A DNA stretch of 64,000 nt from a virus. Position numbers and translations under genes: made by a program. This document shows, one piece after another, positions 48,128-58,645 of the stretch; within the stretch, counting starts at the first letter, position 1; each line of letters begins with the position of its first letter. The stretch is taken from the IMG/VR virus record IMGVR_UViG_3300025127_000022, positions 1 to 64,000 of that record. One strand, written 5' to 3'. Below the pieces are notes generated by a model, which worked only from the letters and a program-made list of their open reading frames with translations, was not told the origin of the DNA and did no database searches.

Positions 48128-48183
48128 ATAATTCAAAGAACTTATATAAATACACCCGATAAATTAAAAAATTTATCTTAGGG

Positions 48184-48260
48184 TAGACGGAATGGGACTT
48201 GAACCCACATGTAACCAGTTACCCTTTCTACAAGGTATAAGCTTGAGGGGATACCCGTCT
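48184..48260 (-). ncRNA. Atypical tRNA-like RNA, anticodon TAT (Ile), with rearranged arms
   Basis: Acceptor AGACGGG/TCCGTCT-A; T arm GTGGG-TTCAAGT-CCCAT; CAAG-CTTATAC-CTTG arm; no D arm at the canonical position. Confidence 0.65.
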
Positions 48261-48268
48261 ATATCTAG

Positions 48269-48342
48269 TACACCCGATAGGATTCGAACCTATGACCTAC
48301 TGCTTAGAAGGCAGTTGCTCTATCCAGCTGAGCTACGGGTGC
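48269..48342 (-). tRNA. tRNA-Arg(TCT)
   Basis: GCACCCG TAGCTCAGCTGGATAGAGC A ACTGC CTTCTAA GCAGT ... GGTTCGAATCC; canonical cloverleaf. Confidence 0.95.
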
Positions 48343-48350
48343 ATGTTGGG

Positions 48351-48436
48351 TACTCGGGGCGGGAATCGAACCCGCACGGACCTCACGGTCCAACAGATTT
48401 TAAGTCTGTCGTGTCTACCTATTCCACCACCCGAGC
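48351..48436 (-). tRNA. tRNA-Leu(TAA)
   Basis: GCTCGGG TGGTGGAATAGGTAGACAC G ACAGA CTTAAAA TCTGT, long variable arm, GGTTCGATTCC. Confidence 0.95.
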
Positions 48437-48459
48437 ATGTTTGTGTGATGATTACAGGA

Positions 48460-48491
48460 CAAATATAGAATATAATTTCAATTAAACCAAA
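48460..48491 (-). promoter_or_regulatory. Bacteroidota housekeeping-sigma promoter for the tRNA cluster
   Basis: TTTG-N20-TATATTTG. Confidence 0.65.
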
Positions 48492-48547
48492 TTAAAAAAG
48501 TTTAAATTTTATTTTTTTGTTTAAAATATTATTTGTATATTTGTAGT

Positions 48548-49369
48548 ATGAATAGAGAAACACTAAATAAATTAAAAAACTTACTTTCCGTCCCTACCCA
48601 TACTTGGGAAGAGGATAGACTCATAGAACATGTTATTAATTATATTAGTTCTCTAGACTCGGTTAATTATTATCAAGATAAGTTGGGGAGTCTCTATATT
48701 ACTAAAGGAGATTCTTCGACCTATCCTTGTTTAGTAGCTCATCTAGATAGTGTGCATAGTATTACTGAAATGGAGGTTATGGAGGAACAACTACCTAACG
48801 CACAGGGTGAACTTAAATTAGCCCTAAAAGCTTACGACAAAGAAGAAGGTTTGCCCACTGGTATCGGTGGGGACGATAAAGCAGGTGTATTTATCTGTTT
48901 ACAATTACTAGAAAAATTAGACTCATGTAAAGTATTTCTACCCGTAGCGGAAGAAACAGGATGTAATGGTTCAAAAGAAGCTGACCCTAAATTCTTTAAA
49001 GATGTGGGTTATGCAATCCAATTCGACTCTACAGAAAATGATACGATGAGTAAAACTTTAATGGGTGTTAAATTATATGAAGAAGAAAGTAAATTTTTTG
49101 GTTCTGTAAAAGATATAATTTTAGAACACGGTTTCACTAAATGGTTAAATCACCCATATACTGATACAATGATGTTAAAGAAAAAATTTAACTTCCCATG
49201 TTTAAATTTTGCTGCGGGTTATTATCGTTATCATACCTCTAATGAATATGTGGTGGTTGAGGATGTTCAAAACGCTATTAATTTAGGTTTTAAAGTAGTT
49301 AATCAACTAGGGAACAAAAAATACGAGTTTATCCACGTACCTCAAACCTATCCCTATAATCTTTTATAA
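48548..49369 (+). CDS. Zn metallopeptidase (M20/M28/M42 clan)
   Basis: LVAHLDSV, GGDDKAG, AEETGC.GS, QFD, YH; TATATTTG 48536-48543. Confidence 0.85.
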   Translation: MNRETLNKLKNLLSVPTHTWEEDRLIEHVINYISSLDSVNYYQDKLGSLYITKGDSSTYPCLVAHLDSVHSITEMEVMEEQLPNAQGELKLALKAYDKEEGLPTGIGGDDKAGVFICLQLLEKLDSCKVFLPVAEETGCNGSKEADPKFFKDVGYAIQFDSTENDTMSKTLMGVKLYEEESKFFGSVKDIILEHGFTKWLNHPYTDTMMLKKKFNFPCLNFAAGYYRYHTSNEYVVVEDVQNAINLGFKVVNQLGNKKYEFIHVPQTYPYNLL

Positions 49370-49411
49370 TCTTATTTTATTATCGGTAATATTTATTATA
49401 AAACAATAGAT

Positions 49412-51124
49412 ATGCCATTACCAATACCTTTTTATTTAAGAACAAGTCAAAACACAGCACTAACACATGCTCAGTTAGATGGAAACCTTAGTATTTTAAG
49501 TACTAAAATAGATAATACAACCTGTGGGAATATAGGTACAGGGATTGGTATTTTCCAAACTAAAGAAATAGGTAATAATGACGGTTTAATGAATTTACGT
49601 TCATTATCTGGTACTGGAGGTATTCTTATAGGAATAACGGGAGATAGTATCGTAATTGATGGTTCTGGTACAGGTGGTGGTTCTAATTTTTGGGCAGAAT
49701 TCGGGACATTTAATAAAGCTTTAAAAGACGTTAAAGGAACTTATAATACAAGTGGTACTTCCACTAATACATTAATCGCTGGTGGAAGTGGACACACATC
49801 TCACAATACCCTTACAAGTTTTTTCGGTGGTGGTCAAGTTAATAGAATAATTTCTGGTAATACTTCAGCAATAGTTGGGGGTAAATACAATACTATAAAA
49901 GAGGGAGACGGTAATGTTATTATAGGTGGGTCAGGAAATACAATGGGTGACATTAGTTCATGGAATGTAGTTACGGGTCTAGGAAATGAATGTTCTGGGT
50001 CCACCTCTGTAGTTTTTGGAGGACTCCAAAAAAACGGTATTTCAGGAAATACAGTCATCGGTCATGGAAACTTTGTTGAGGGGTCAGGAAATAATATACA
50101 AGCAAATTTTAATTTCGTTTCAGGTACATTTATAGACTCTAAAGCTAACAACATATCTTCATTTGGTTCTAATCATAGAATAAATAATACGGGTGTTCAG
50201 TACACCGATTTTGTGCAAAGTTTTGTTACTGGATTAAATCATATTGTGGGTAGTGATGTACAAACTACTACTCTTTTCGGACAAGCACACCAAATAGGTA
50301 CTATAGTGGGTGAAGAAGGCAAAGAATCTCCAGTAAAAACTTTAATAGCTGGACTATCCAATATGGTTACTGGAGCCACATCAGCATCTTCTATTTTATC
50401 AGGTCAAGATAATAGAATAGGATATGGTTCTGGAACGGTAGTAAATAACTCAGCAATCTTAGCAGCAAAAAACAGTTGTTTAGGTGCTGGAGGAAGAGTA
50501 AGACAGAGTAGTATATTAGCTGGACAAAGTATGTCAGCTTATACTGATGATACCGCTTATGTACAAAAATTACAACCAACAGAAAAAGTTAGAGTTTCAA
50601 GTTATGATTATATATTATCTAATAGTATTACTACAACAGATAGCCCCACTATACATAATGTAGTTCACGACACTAATCACATAGATGCAATTCCTATAAA
50701 TGATGGTGGTGGAGAAATTGTTAGATATGGTTTATGTGCTTCCGAAGAAGTAGTGTACACTGCAGGTCAATTTGTAAATTTAGAAGGTAATGGGTGTTGG
50801 AAAAGAACTGATGTCTCTACAAGTGGTAGAACAGACGGAAGAATGGTAGGTTTCGCCTTATCTAATAGTCCTACTGTTGCGGGAGCAGGTAAAGGTATAT
50901 TAATTAGAGGTCATTTAAAATTACCTAGTTTACCAGAAGGAGCACTACCTGGAGAACCACTCTATTTAGATGCTAGTGTTACAGGAGCTGTTACAAAAAC
51001 ACCACCTGCAAGTTCAGGAAATATAGTAAGAGCGGTAGGTCATTTAGTGGGTGGGCCATCTTTAGACCCAGAACAAGGTTATATGTTCCTTAATCCAGAT
51101 ATAACTTATTTACAAGTTACTTAA
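49412..51124 (+). CDS. Putative tail fibre or virion structural protein
   Basis: N-terminal LTHAQLDGNL; Gly/Ser/Asn beta-helix-like repeats; C-terminal GEPLYL...G.....P...G..VR.VG; TATTTAT 49390-49396. Confidence 0.6.
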   Translation: MPLPIPFYLRTSQNTALTHAQLDGNLSILSTKIDNTTCGNIGTGIGIFQTKEIGNNDGLMNLRSLSGTGGILIGITGDSIVIDGSGTGGGSNFWAEFGTFNKALKDVKGTYNTSGTSTNTLIAGGSGHTSHNTLTSFFGGGQVNRIISGNTSAIVGGKYNTIKEGDGNVIIGGSGNTMGDISSWNVVTGLGNECSGSTSVVFGGLQKNGISGNTVIGHGNFVEGSGNNIQANFNFVSGTFIDSKANNISSFGSNHRINNTGVQYTDFVQSFVTGLNHIVGSDVQTTTLFGQAHQIGTIVGEEGKESPVKTLIAGLSNMVTGATSASSILSGQDNRIGYGSGTVVNNSAILAAKNSCLGAGGRVRQSSILAGQSMSAYTDDTAYVQKLQPTEKVRVSSYDYILSNSITTTDSPTIHNVVHDTNHIDAIPINDGGGEIVRYGLCASEEVVYTAGQFVNLEGNGCWKRTDVSTSGRTDGRMVGFALSNSPTVAGAGKGILIRGHLKLPSLPEGALPGEPLYLDASVTGAVTKTPPASSGNIVRAVGHLVGGPSLDPEQGYMFLNPDITYLQVT

Positions 51125-51125
51125 A

Positions 51126-51569
51126 ATGGCAATCAGAGCAATATATGGTATAGAATGGTGTACCAAAGTAGAAAAGGTTTTTAGTCGACGAGCAAAAAAT
51201 GGAGCTCATCATGTAAGAAGTTTTATGGGTAATCAATTAGAGACTTGTAGTGAAGGTGGTAGTTGTAACGCCATCTTATTAAAATCCAGTAAAGCTAATT
51301 GTGTTGCAAAGGATGGTCCTTGTAATATTGGCCTTCCCTGTAAAACTTTTTATAGTAATAAATCCAACCCATGTCTACTAACCACAGGTGACTACATATA
51401 CGAAACCAGTGAATGTGTGTGTACAGAAACTACATCAGCTTTTCCATTATACTTTTCCAATGGAACTGGTGAAGGTTGTACGACCTGTGAGGAAGGACAA
51501 ATAAAGTGTTTTACTAGAGACGCAGAAACTTGTCAAATTAAAGCCACAGACTGTGGTTCTAAAAAGTAG
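51126..51569 (+). CDS. Cys-rich hypothetical protein
   Basis: Many cysteines; follows the fibre gene. Confidence 0.65.
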   Translation: MAIRAIYGIEWCTKVEKVFSRRAKNGAHHVRSFMGNQLETCSEGGSCNAILLKSSKANCVAKDGPCNIGLPCKTFYSNKSNPCLLTTGDYIYETSECVCTETTSAFPLYFSNGTGEGCTTCEEGQIKCFTRDAETCQIKATDCGSKK

Positions 51570-53595
51570 ATACCACAACTTTATTATCTTTATCTACACT
51601 TAAAGAATAATGTACATCTTCTAGAATGTCACCTTTTAATATATTTTCAGAAATAAAATCTTCTATCTTATTTTGAATTGCTCTTTTGATTGGTCTAGCA
51701 CCGAACTTTTCATCATACCCCTCTTCAACAATATACTTTGTAATTGAATTATCAAAAGATACGTTATAATTCTTTTCAACTAACCTATCCTGTAGTGATT
51801 TTAATTCTAATTTAACAATTTTAGATATTACTCTTTTTTGTAATGGTTTAAATACGACAGTTTGGTCTATTCTATTTAAGAACTCTGGTCTAAATGTGTT
51901 TTTTAAAGCTTTTTTAATAATAGCTTCCTTTTTTTCTTCCATTCTAGACTCGGTATCTTTGGTAGAAAAACCTAAGGGTTTATTAAATTCTGAAACTTGT
52001 TTAGCTCCCACGTTCGAGGTCATAATAAGTAGAGTATTTTTAAAATTAATTTTTCTACCTAAACCATCAGTTATGTGTCCATCATCAAATATTTGGAGTA
52101 ACAAGTCATATATGTCCGAGTGAGCTTTTTCTATTTCATCTAAAAGAATTACAGAATAAGGTTTTTTTCTAACTGCTTCCGTTAGCTGCCCACCTTCATT
52201 ATAACCAACATAACCTGGAGGAGAACCTATTAGTCTGGTAGAATTAAATTTTTCTTTATATTCTGACATATCTAATCTAATTAAAGCATCTTCACTACCG
52301 AATATCTCTTTTGCGATTGCTTTAGCTAGATGAGTTTTACCTACACCAGTAGAACCTAAAAACATAAAAGAACCGATAGGTTTTTTAACTTCACGTATAC
52401 CCACCCTATTTCTACGAATTGCTTTTGCTATTTTTTTAATAGCTTCATCCTGGCCTATTACTAGTTTTTGTAAAGACTTTTCTAAATTTAGTAAACTTTT
52501 TGTTTCATTACTATCTAGTTTAGTTAAAGGAATTTTAGTTATTTGAGATACTACTTTATATATGTCCTCTTCAGTGATGTCTATCCTACTTTCTTCCATT
52601 TGGATTTCCCATTCTAATTTTTTATCCTCAAGTAAACCTATAACTTTTCTTTCTTCATCTCTAAGTTCAGCAGCTTTTTCATATTTTTGTGACTTAACGA
52701 CATCCACTTTTTCCAACTTTAAATTAGATAATTTATTTCTAAGGTCTTCTATTTCTTGTGGAAAAGCTACGTCTACTTGTACTTTAGCTCCCACTTCATC
52801 CATAATATCTATAGCTTTATCGGGGAACTCTCTATTGGTAATATATCGTTCTGCTAACATGACACAGGTTGATAAAGAATCTTCTGTAAACCTAACTTTG
52901 TGATGGTCCTCATATCTTTCCTTAAGATTTTTAAGAATTTGTAATGTTTCTTCCATAGTGGTTGGCTCAACCATTACTTTTTGAAATCTTCTTTCTAACG
53001 CTCCATCCTTTTCGATGTTTTCTCTATATTCATCTATAGTTGTAGCACCAATACACTGAACTTCTCCTCTAGCTAAAGCTGGTTTAAAAATATTAGCAGC
53101 ATCTAGAGAACCTGAAGCATTACCAGTCCCTACTACAGTGTGAATTTCGTCTATAAAAATTATAATGTCTTCATTTTCTTTTAACTCATCAATTATAGCT
53201 TTCATTCTTTCCTCGAACTGACCTCGATACTTTGTTCCCGCAACAATAGAAGTTAAATCTAGACCTATAATTTTTTTATCTAAAAGATTACGAGGGCATC
53301 TACCTTCACTAATTTTAATAGCTAGTCCTTCTACTAGAGCAGTTTTACCACATCCTGGTTCCCCAATTAAAACTGGATTATTCTTTTTTCTTCTAGAAAG
53401 TATTTGAGCTATCCTATTTATTTCCGCTTCTCTACCAACAACTGGGTCTAATTTACCTTCTTCGGCGTATTGTATTAAATCTCTAGAAAAGTTATCGAGA
53501 ACTGGAGTCCTACTTTTAATACTACTTTTTTCTTTTCTTGGTTTACTTTTAGAATCGTCCGACTCAAAATCTGCGTAATTTCCTTCTAATCTCAT
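51559..53595 (-). CDS. clpC: ClpC-like Hsp100 AAA+ ATPase lacking the Clp N-domain
   Basis: [18 protein letters not shown] middle domain [32 protein letters not shown] loop, [14 protein letters not shown]. Confidence 0.9.
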   Translation of the reverse strand: MRLEGNYADFESDDSKSKPRKEKSSIKSRTPVLDNFSRDLIQYAEEGKLDPVVGREAEINRIAQILSRRKKNNPVLIGEPGCGKTALVEGLAIKISEGRCPRNLLDKKIIGLDLTSIVAGTKYRGQFEERMKAIIDELKENEDIIIFIDEIHTVVGTGNASGSLDAANIFKPALARGEVQCIGATTIDEYRENIEKDGALERRFQKVMVEPTTMEETLQILKNLKERYEDHHKVRFTEDSLSTCVMLAERYITNREFPDKAIDIMDEVGAKVQVDVAFPQEIEDLRNKLSNLKLEKVDVVKSQKYEKAAELRDEERKVIGLLEDKKLEWEIQMEESRIDITEEDIYKVVSQITKIPLTKLDSNETKSLLNLEKSLQKLVIGQDEAIKKIAKAIRRNRVGIREVKKPIGSFMFLGSTGVGKTHLAKAIAKEIFGSEDALIRLDMSEYKEKFNSTRLIGSPPGYVGYNEGGQLTEAVRKKPYSVILLDEIEKAHSDIYDLLLQIFDDGHITDGLGRKINFKNTLLIMTSNVGAKQVSEFNKPLGFSTKDTESRMEEKKEAIIKKALKNTFRPEFLNRIDQTVVFKPLQKRVISKIVKLELKSLQDRLVEKNYNVSFDNSITKYIVEEGYDEKFGARPIKRAIQNKIEDFISENILKGDILEDVHYSLSVDKDNKVVVSTF

Positions 53596-53659
53596 TGATA
53601 TATTTTTTAATTTTTAATTCACTATAATATTACTCATAATTGTACCAATAATCAACCAT

Positions 53660-53720
53660 TGTATTTATGTCATACATAACTGACAAAATGTCAGTATTTT
53701 TCTTATGGTATGTTATTTGA
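53660..53720 (+). promoter_or_regulatory. TGACA-AAA-TGTCA palindrome plus sigma54-like TGGTATG-N4-TTGA upstream of dnaK
   Basis: Palindrome 53681-53693; -24/-12-like element 53706-53720. Confidence 0.45.
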
Positions 53721-53793
53721 CTACTTGATTTAATGAAAAGTATTAATATATTTTTCATAAATAAACAAATAACCATAAATAAAAAAAACAAAA

Positions 53794-55659
53794 ATGGGAA
53801 AAGTAATTGGTATAGATTTAGGAACGACAAATTCCTGTGTTGCCGTAATTGAGGGTAACGAACCTAAAGTTATTGTTAATGGTGAAGGTCAACGAACCAC
53901 ACCATCTGTAGTAGCTTTTAAAAATAAAGGAGAAAGAGTAGTGGGTGACCCTGCTAAACGACAAGCGGTCACTAATCCTGAAAAAACTATCTACTCAGTA
54001 AAAAGATTTATGGGTAGTACATACTCAGAAATTAAAAAAGAGGCAAGTAAGATGCCATATAAAGTATCACAAATATATAATAATGGTGTGGGTATAGAAA
54101 TAGATGATACGGATTATATTCCACAAGAAATTTCAGCTGTGGTATTACAAAACCTTAAAAAAACAGCAGAAGAATACCTTGGTGAAACCGTAACAGATGC
54201 GGTTATTACAGTACCAGCTTATTTTAATGATTCACAAAGAAACGCAACTAAAGAAGCTGGAGAAATTGCTGGTCTAAATGTTTTAAGAATTATAAACGAA
54301 CCAACCGCAGCTTCATTAGCTTATGGTCTGGACGATAACAAAGATAAAAAAGTTGTGGTATACGATTTAGGTGGTGGTACTTTTGATGTCTCTATTTTGG
54401 AAATGGGTGACGGTGTTTTCGAAGTACTATCTACAAATGGTGATACACATTTGGGAGGTGATAATTTTGACGAAGTAATTATGGATTGGATAATTACTGA
54501 ATTTAAAAAAGAAAACGGAGTTGACATTAGTAAGGACCCTATGGCTTTACAAAGAATTAAAGAAGCCGCGGAAAAAGCAAAAGTAGAATTATCTTCATCT
54601 AGTAATACTGAAATTAACCTACCTTATTTAACAGCTGATTCTACAGGACCTAAACATTTAGTGGTTTCATTATCACGTTCTAAGTTTGAAACAATGGTGG
54701 GTGAACTAGTAAATAGAAGTATTAAACCTTGTGAAAAAGCTCTTAAGGATGCTAAAGTTAAAGTAGATGATATCGATGAAGTATTATTAGTTGGGGGCTC
54801 AACTAGAATTCCTGTTATTCAAGAATCGGTAGAAAAGTTCTTTAAACGTAAACCGTCTAAAGGTGTTAACCCTGATGAGGTAGTAGCTATGGGAGCAGCT
54901 ATCCAAGGAGGAGTATTATCTGGAGAAGTTAACGATGTTTTATTATTAGATGTCACACCACTTTCACTGGGTATTGAAACTATGGGTGGGGTAATGACTA
55001 CATTAATTGAATCTAATAGTACTATCCCTACCTCTAAATCCCAAGTTTTCTCTACAGCAGTAGATAATCAACCAACTGTAGATATACATGTATTACAAGG
55101 TGAAAGACCTATGGCTGCGGACAATAGAAGTTTAGGTAGATTCCAATTAACCGATATTCCACCAGCTCCAAGAGGGATTCCTCAAGTTGAGGTTACTTTT
55201 GATATTGACGCTAACGGTATCATTAATGTAAACGCTAAAGACAAAGGTACTGGTAAGTCCCAGAATATAAAAATTGAATCTGGTACTACTTTGTCTGATG
55301 AAGAAATCGAAAGAATGAAAATGGAAGCTGAACAAAATCAAGCTAAAGACCAAGAAAAAAAGGAAAAAGTGGAAAAACTAAATGAAGCTGACACTATGAT
55401 TTTTCAAACTGAAAAACAAATGAAGGAATATGGTGATAAATTAAGTGAAGAAGATAAAAATAGATTAACACAGACTTTAGATAAACTTAAAGAATCTCAT
55501 AAGAGTGAAGATTTAGAGTCTATAGAAGAATCTCTTAAAAATCTTAATGAAGAGTGGCAATCCATATCTACAAAGATGTACCAACAAACAGAACAACCAT
55601 CAGAAGGTACTGATAAAGAAGAGGAAACAACTGACGTTGAATACGAAGAAGTAAAATAA
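53794..55659 (+). CDS. dnaK: Chaperone DnaK (Hsp70)
   Basis: [43 protein letters not shown]; ends DVEYEEVK. Confidence 0.97.
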   Translation: MGKVIGIDLGTTNSCVAVIEGNEPKVIVNGEGQRTTPSVVAFKNKGERVVGDPAKRQAVTNPEKTIYSVKRFMGSTYSEIKKEASKMPYKVSQIYNNGVGIEIDDTDYIPQEISAVVLQNLKKTAEEYLGETVTDAVITVPAYFNDSQRNATKEAGEIAGLNVLRIINEPTAASLAYGLDDNKDKKVVVYDLGGGTFDVSILEMGDGVFEVLSTNGDTHLGGDNFDEVIMDWIITEFKKENGVDISKDPMALQRIKEAAEKAKVELSSSSNTEINLPYLTADSTGPKHLVVSLSRSKFETMVGELVNRSIKPCEKALKDAKVKVDDIDEVLLVGGSTRIPVIQESVEKFFKRKPSKGVNPDEVVAMGAAIQGGVLSGEVNDVLLLDVTPLSLGIETMGGVMTTLIESNSTIPTSKSQVFSTAVDNQPTVDIHVLQGERPMAADNRSLGRFQLTDIPPAPRGIPQVEVTFDIDANGIINVNAKDKGTGKSQNIKIESGTTLSDEEIERMKMEAEQNQAKDQEKKEKVEKLNEADTMIFQTEKQMKEYGDKLSEEDKNRLTQTLDKLKESHKSEDLESIEESLKNLNEEWQSISTKMYQQTEQPSEGTDKEEETTDVEYEEVK

Positions 55660-55660
55660 T

Positions 55661-55906
55661 ATGGGAGTTTTATCTGAAATTTACAGCGGAGATAGAATTA
55701 TTAATCAATATAAATCTTCTAACATTAAAGGGTCAATCTACAATAGGTCCACTAAAAAACTTATAGTTGAATTCAACGCGGGACGTAAATACGAATATGA
55801 AGATGTGCCTGATAATGTAGCAGCTGGGCTAAGAATAGCTAAAAGCCAAGGTAGTTACTTTAATAAACAAATAGCTAAAAAGTACAAATATAAATTACTT
55901 GACTAA
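55661..55906 (+). CDS. KTSC-domain protein
   Basis: SSNI....Y.....L.VEF..G..YEY.DVP......L..A.SQGSYFN..I. Confidence 0.85.
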   Translation: MGVLSEIYSGDRIINQYKSSNIKGSIYNRSTKKLIVEFNAGRKYEYEDVPDNVAAGLRIAKSQGSYFNKQIAKKYKYKLLD

Positions 55907-55934
55907 CTTACGTTAATATGAAGTATTTATAGGT

Positions 55935-56699
55935 ATGAACTTAGCAGATAGAATTTTACAAAGTTTCGACCAAAAGAAAAGTTTGAATCCCGAAATCTGG
56001 ACCTTAGATAAAAACAAACGTTATCGTCTAAGAAAAGAGGTTCGGGATAAACTTTTGCTTAGTGCTAATGATTTTTTAGATTTTGTCGATATAGAAAATT
56101 TAGATTGTGATACTAACACCCAAGATTGTGATATTGCAGATATAACTATTACTGGAAGTATCTGTAACTATAATTGGTCCCAGTATTCAGATATAGATTT
56201 ACATATTCTTTTTGATTTTGAATTAATAGATGAAAATGTAGATTTAGTTAAAAATATATTGAACACTAAAAAAAATCTGTGGAACGCTTCACACGATGTC
56301 CAAGTTAAAGGATATGAAGTAGAAGTGTACGCGCAAGATGTAGATGAAGTTCACCATTCTAGTGGAGTTTATTCAGTTCTTTTTGATAAATGGTTAATAC
56401 CACCTAAAAGAACTAACGTAGATATCGACATGGGTAAAATATTAGAAAAAGCTCAAGGATGGATGGAAATAATAGATACCATCCAACACGAAGCGTATCA
56501 AAAATCACCAGAAGAAATACTAGATTTAATAGAAAAAATTAAAACTAGATTAAAAAAATTCAGAGCTACTGGGTTAGAAAAAGGTGGTGAATATTCTTAC
56601 GAAAATTTAACCTTTAAATTTTTAAGAAGAAGTGGATACATAAAAAAATTATTTGATTTAAAAAATAAAGTGGTAGATTTAACTCTAAGTTTAGATTAG
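55935..56699 (+). CDS. Nucleotidyltransferase-fold protein
   Basis: ITITGSICNYNWSQYSDIDLHI (GS...DxD) and later VEVY; TATTTAT 55924-55930. Confidence 0.7.
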   Translation: MNLADRILQSFDQKKSLNPEIWTLDKNKRYRLRKEVRDKLLLSANDFLDFVDIENLDCDTNTQDCDIADITITGSICNYNWSQYSDIDLHILFDFELIDENVDLVKNILNTKKNLWNASHDVQVKGYEVEVYAQDVDEVHHSSGVYSVLFDKWLIPPKRTNVDIDMGKILEKAQGWMEIIDTIQHEAYQKSPEEILDLIEKIKTRLKKFRATGLEKGGEYSYENLTFKFLRRSGYIKKLFDLKNKVVDLTLSLD

Positions 56700-56751
56700 A
56701 AAGGTTTTTTTTCTACTAGAGTTAATATTTATATAAAAAAATAAACTTATT

Positions 56752-57105
56752 ATGGCAAATTACGCTGGACTATCATATGGAGAAGAATTGTACTGTGGAA
56801 CTGGGATACAACCATTTCTAACAGCTGCTGGTGATTTAACAGGTAAAACTTGTACTTCTATCCGTGCTACTGGTGCTGTATCTGGTTTAGTTATAAACGG
56901 TGCTACAGTTAATATTAGTGACGGTAATTCTTTAGATATTGTTATAAAGAATGTGAGTGGTACACTAACCAACGCTTGTTTCTTATGTGATTGTAGAACC
57001 TGTTTAGACCCAGATGGTAACGCTCAAAGAGCCACATTCAGTGGGCAAACAATAAACCCAGCAAGTCCTTACACTTTAATAGGTATGGGATTTTTACAAA
57101 GTTAA
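56752..57105 (+). CDS. Hypothetical (possibly structural) protein
   Basis: TATTTAT 56726-56732; Gly/Thr/Cys-rich. Confidence 0.65.
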   Translation: MANYAGLSYGEELYCGTGIQPFLTAAGDLTGKTCTSIRATGAVSGLVINGATVNISDGNSLDIVIKNVSGTLTNACFLCDCRTCLDPDGNAQRATFSGQTINPASPYTLIGMGFLQS

Positions 57106-57132
57106 ATAAAAAAAGAAATTAAATAACAAAAA

Positions 57133-58644
57133 ATGGCAGATTTAAAACCAGTAGGGAGTGAAAAACTTCCATTAGATAAAAAACTCCAAAGAATAATGGA
57201 GATAGCTAACTATGGAATGACACCTAAAGTTAAAACCCATAAGACAGCTTCTTTAGAATATACAATTAAAGCAGCTGATGGTAACAAATATGGTATTGTT
57301 AGAGAAAATGCACAATACATGATATTGAAAGAGGGTACTGATGGATACACTTACATGTCAGGAATGAGAAATAATTCTAGATATACTTTTAATTCATATT
57401 CCGAAGCTCTAAAAAAGCTTAATCTACTTATGAAACCTTTAAATGAAAATTATAATGGTGGAAAACAATTAAATCTAATTGGTGAACAAGAGGAAGAAGA
57501 AACAAAATTTGTACTTAAACAACCAGAATCAGAAGATGCTGGTGAAGAAACTGAAGATTTTGGATTTGACGATGCTATGGATATGGGTGGTGAAGAAGAA
57601 ACTACAGACATGGACTTAGATATGGAAGATGATTTAGGTGGTGAAGAGATTGAAGCTGATGTTGATGTTGAAGTTACAGATGATGAAGATGCTACAAAAG
57701 CCATTCAAAAACTAACTGGTAAATTGGGTCAAAAACTTAGAGACTTACCTGAACCAGAAATGACTGCAGATATCATTAAGTATGTTCTTAATTCTGTTAT
57801 TTCAGCTGTTGATTTAGAAAAGTTAAGTTCTGACGACAAAGACGAAATTGTAGAAAAGTTCGAAGATGAAGATATTGAATATACTGAAGAAGGAGAATTT
57901 GATGTTGAATTATCTGGTGATGAAGAAATGGATTTAGGTGATAATGATTTAGGTGGTGATGACCTAGATATGGATTTAGAAACTGAATTAGCTGAAGGTA
58001 TGGTTATGGGTGACGACGAAGAAATGGATGAAAATCTAGGAGCGTTAGCAAGAATGGCAGTAGGAGCTGCAGCAGCAGGGTTTGGTGAAAGAGCCGCAGA
58101 CAAGGTTTTCAGTGAAGAAGAAGATATGGAAGAAAGTTTTGTTTTAGCAGCAGATGAAGCAAGAGATAAAGGTAAAAAAGAATTTGAATATCCTAAAGGT
58201 AGTGGAAAAATGCATCCAGTAACAATTAAAACTGACATTGATGTTAATGAAGAAGACACAATAAATTTTGCGGGTGATGAAGAAGACGTAGATGCTGTAT
58301 CAGCAATCGCTGATGTATTCAACGAGAGTACAGTAAACAGAACTTTATCTAAATACTTTCAGTTAACACCACAAGAAAAGAAACAACAAAAAATTAAACA
58401 ACAAAGAAGAATAGAAGAACAAAAAAGAAGAAAAGAAAACTTTTTAAATGAAAGTATAAAACAAGTAAAAAGAAAAAGACTAGTAGAATCTTCTTTTAGT
58501 TCTTACGAACAAGAAAGAACAACTAAACAATTTTTAAGAGAAAACAGAAACTTTAACTTTATTGGAAAAAATAAAAGAGGTGGTTTAGTTTTTAAAGAAA
58601 ATAAAAATTTAGTAGAAATAACGACAACAGGAAAAGTTCTTTAA
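57133..58644 (+). CDS. Highly acidic protein, possible prohead core or scaffold component
   Basis: Long D/E tracts; many L-x-E sites; upstream of terL. Confidence 0.65.
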   Translation: MADLKPVGSEKLPLDKKLQRIMEIANYGMTPKVKTHKTASLEYTIKAADGNKYGIVRENAQYMILKEGTDGYTYMSGMRNNSRYTFNSYSEALKKLNLLMKPLNENYNGGKQLNLIGEQEEEETKFVLKQPESEDAGEETEDFGFDDAMDMGGEEETTDMDLDMEDDLGGEEIEADVDVEVTDDEDATKAIQKLTGKLGQKLRDLPEPEMTADIIKYVLNSVISAVDLEKLSSDDKDEIVEKFEDEDIEYTEEGEFDVELSGDEEMDLGDNDLGGDDLDMDLETELAEGMVMGDDEEMDENLGALARMAVGAAAAGFGERAADKVFSEEEDMEESFVLAADEARDKGKKEFEYPKGSGKMHPVTIKTDIDVNEEDTINFAGDEEDVDAVSAIADVFNESTVNRTLSKYFQLTPQEKKQQKIKQQRRIEEQKRRKENFLNESIKQVKRKRLVESSFSSYEQERTTKQFLRENRNFNFIGKNKRGGLVFKENKNLVEITTTGKVL

Positions 58645-58645
58645 A

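Noticed and set aside
48192-48485. 97-aa plus-strand ORF
   Set aside because: It is the antisense reading of the tRNA genes.
8605-55659. Interpreting the window as a bacterial chromosome because of sdhB, dnaK, clpC, sod and ssrA
   Set aside because: These genes are isolated from their usual operons and embedded among phage-type hypotheticals, a terminase and a uniform non-host promoter motif.
57450-58322. Ser-rich antisense ORFs (also 12047..12469, 45666..46127, 52562..52903 and similar)
   Set aside because: Shadow frames opposite acidic genes; the Ser/Ile/Phe bias is the reverse complement of GAA/GAT codons.
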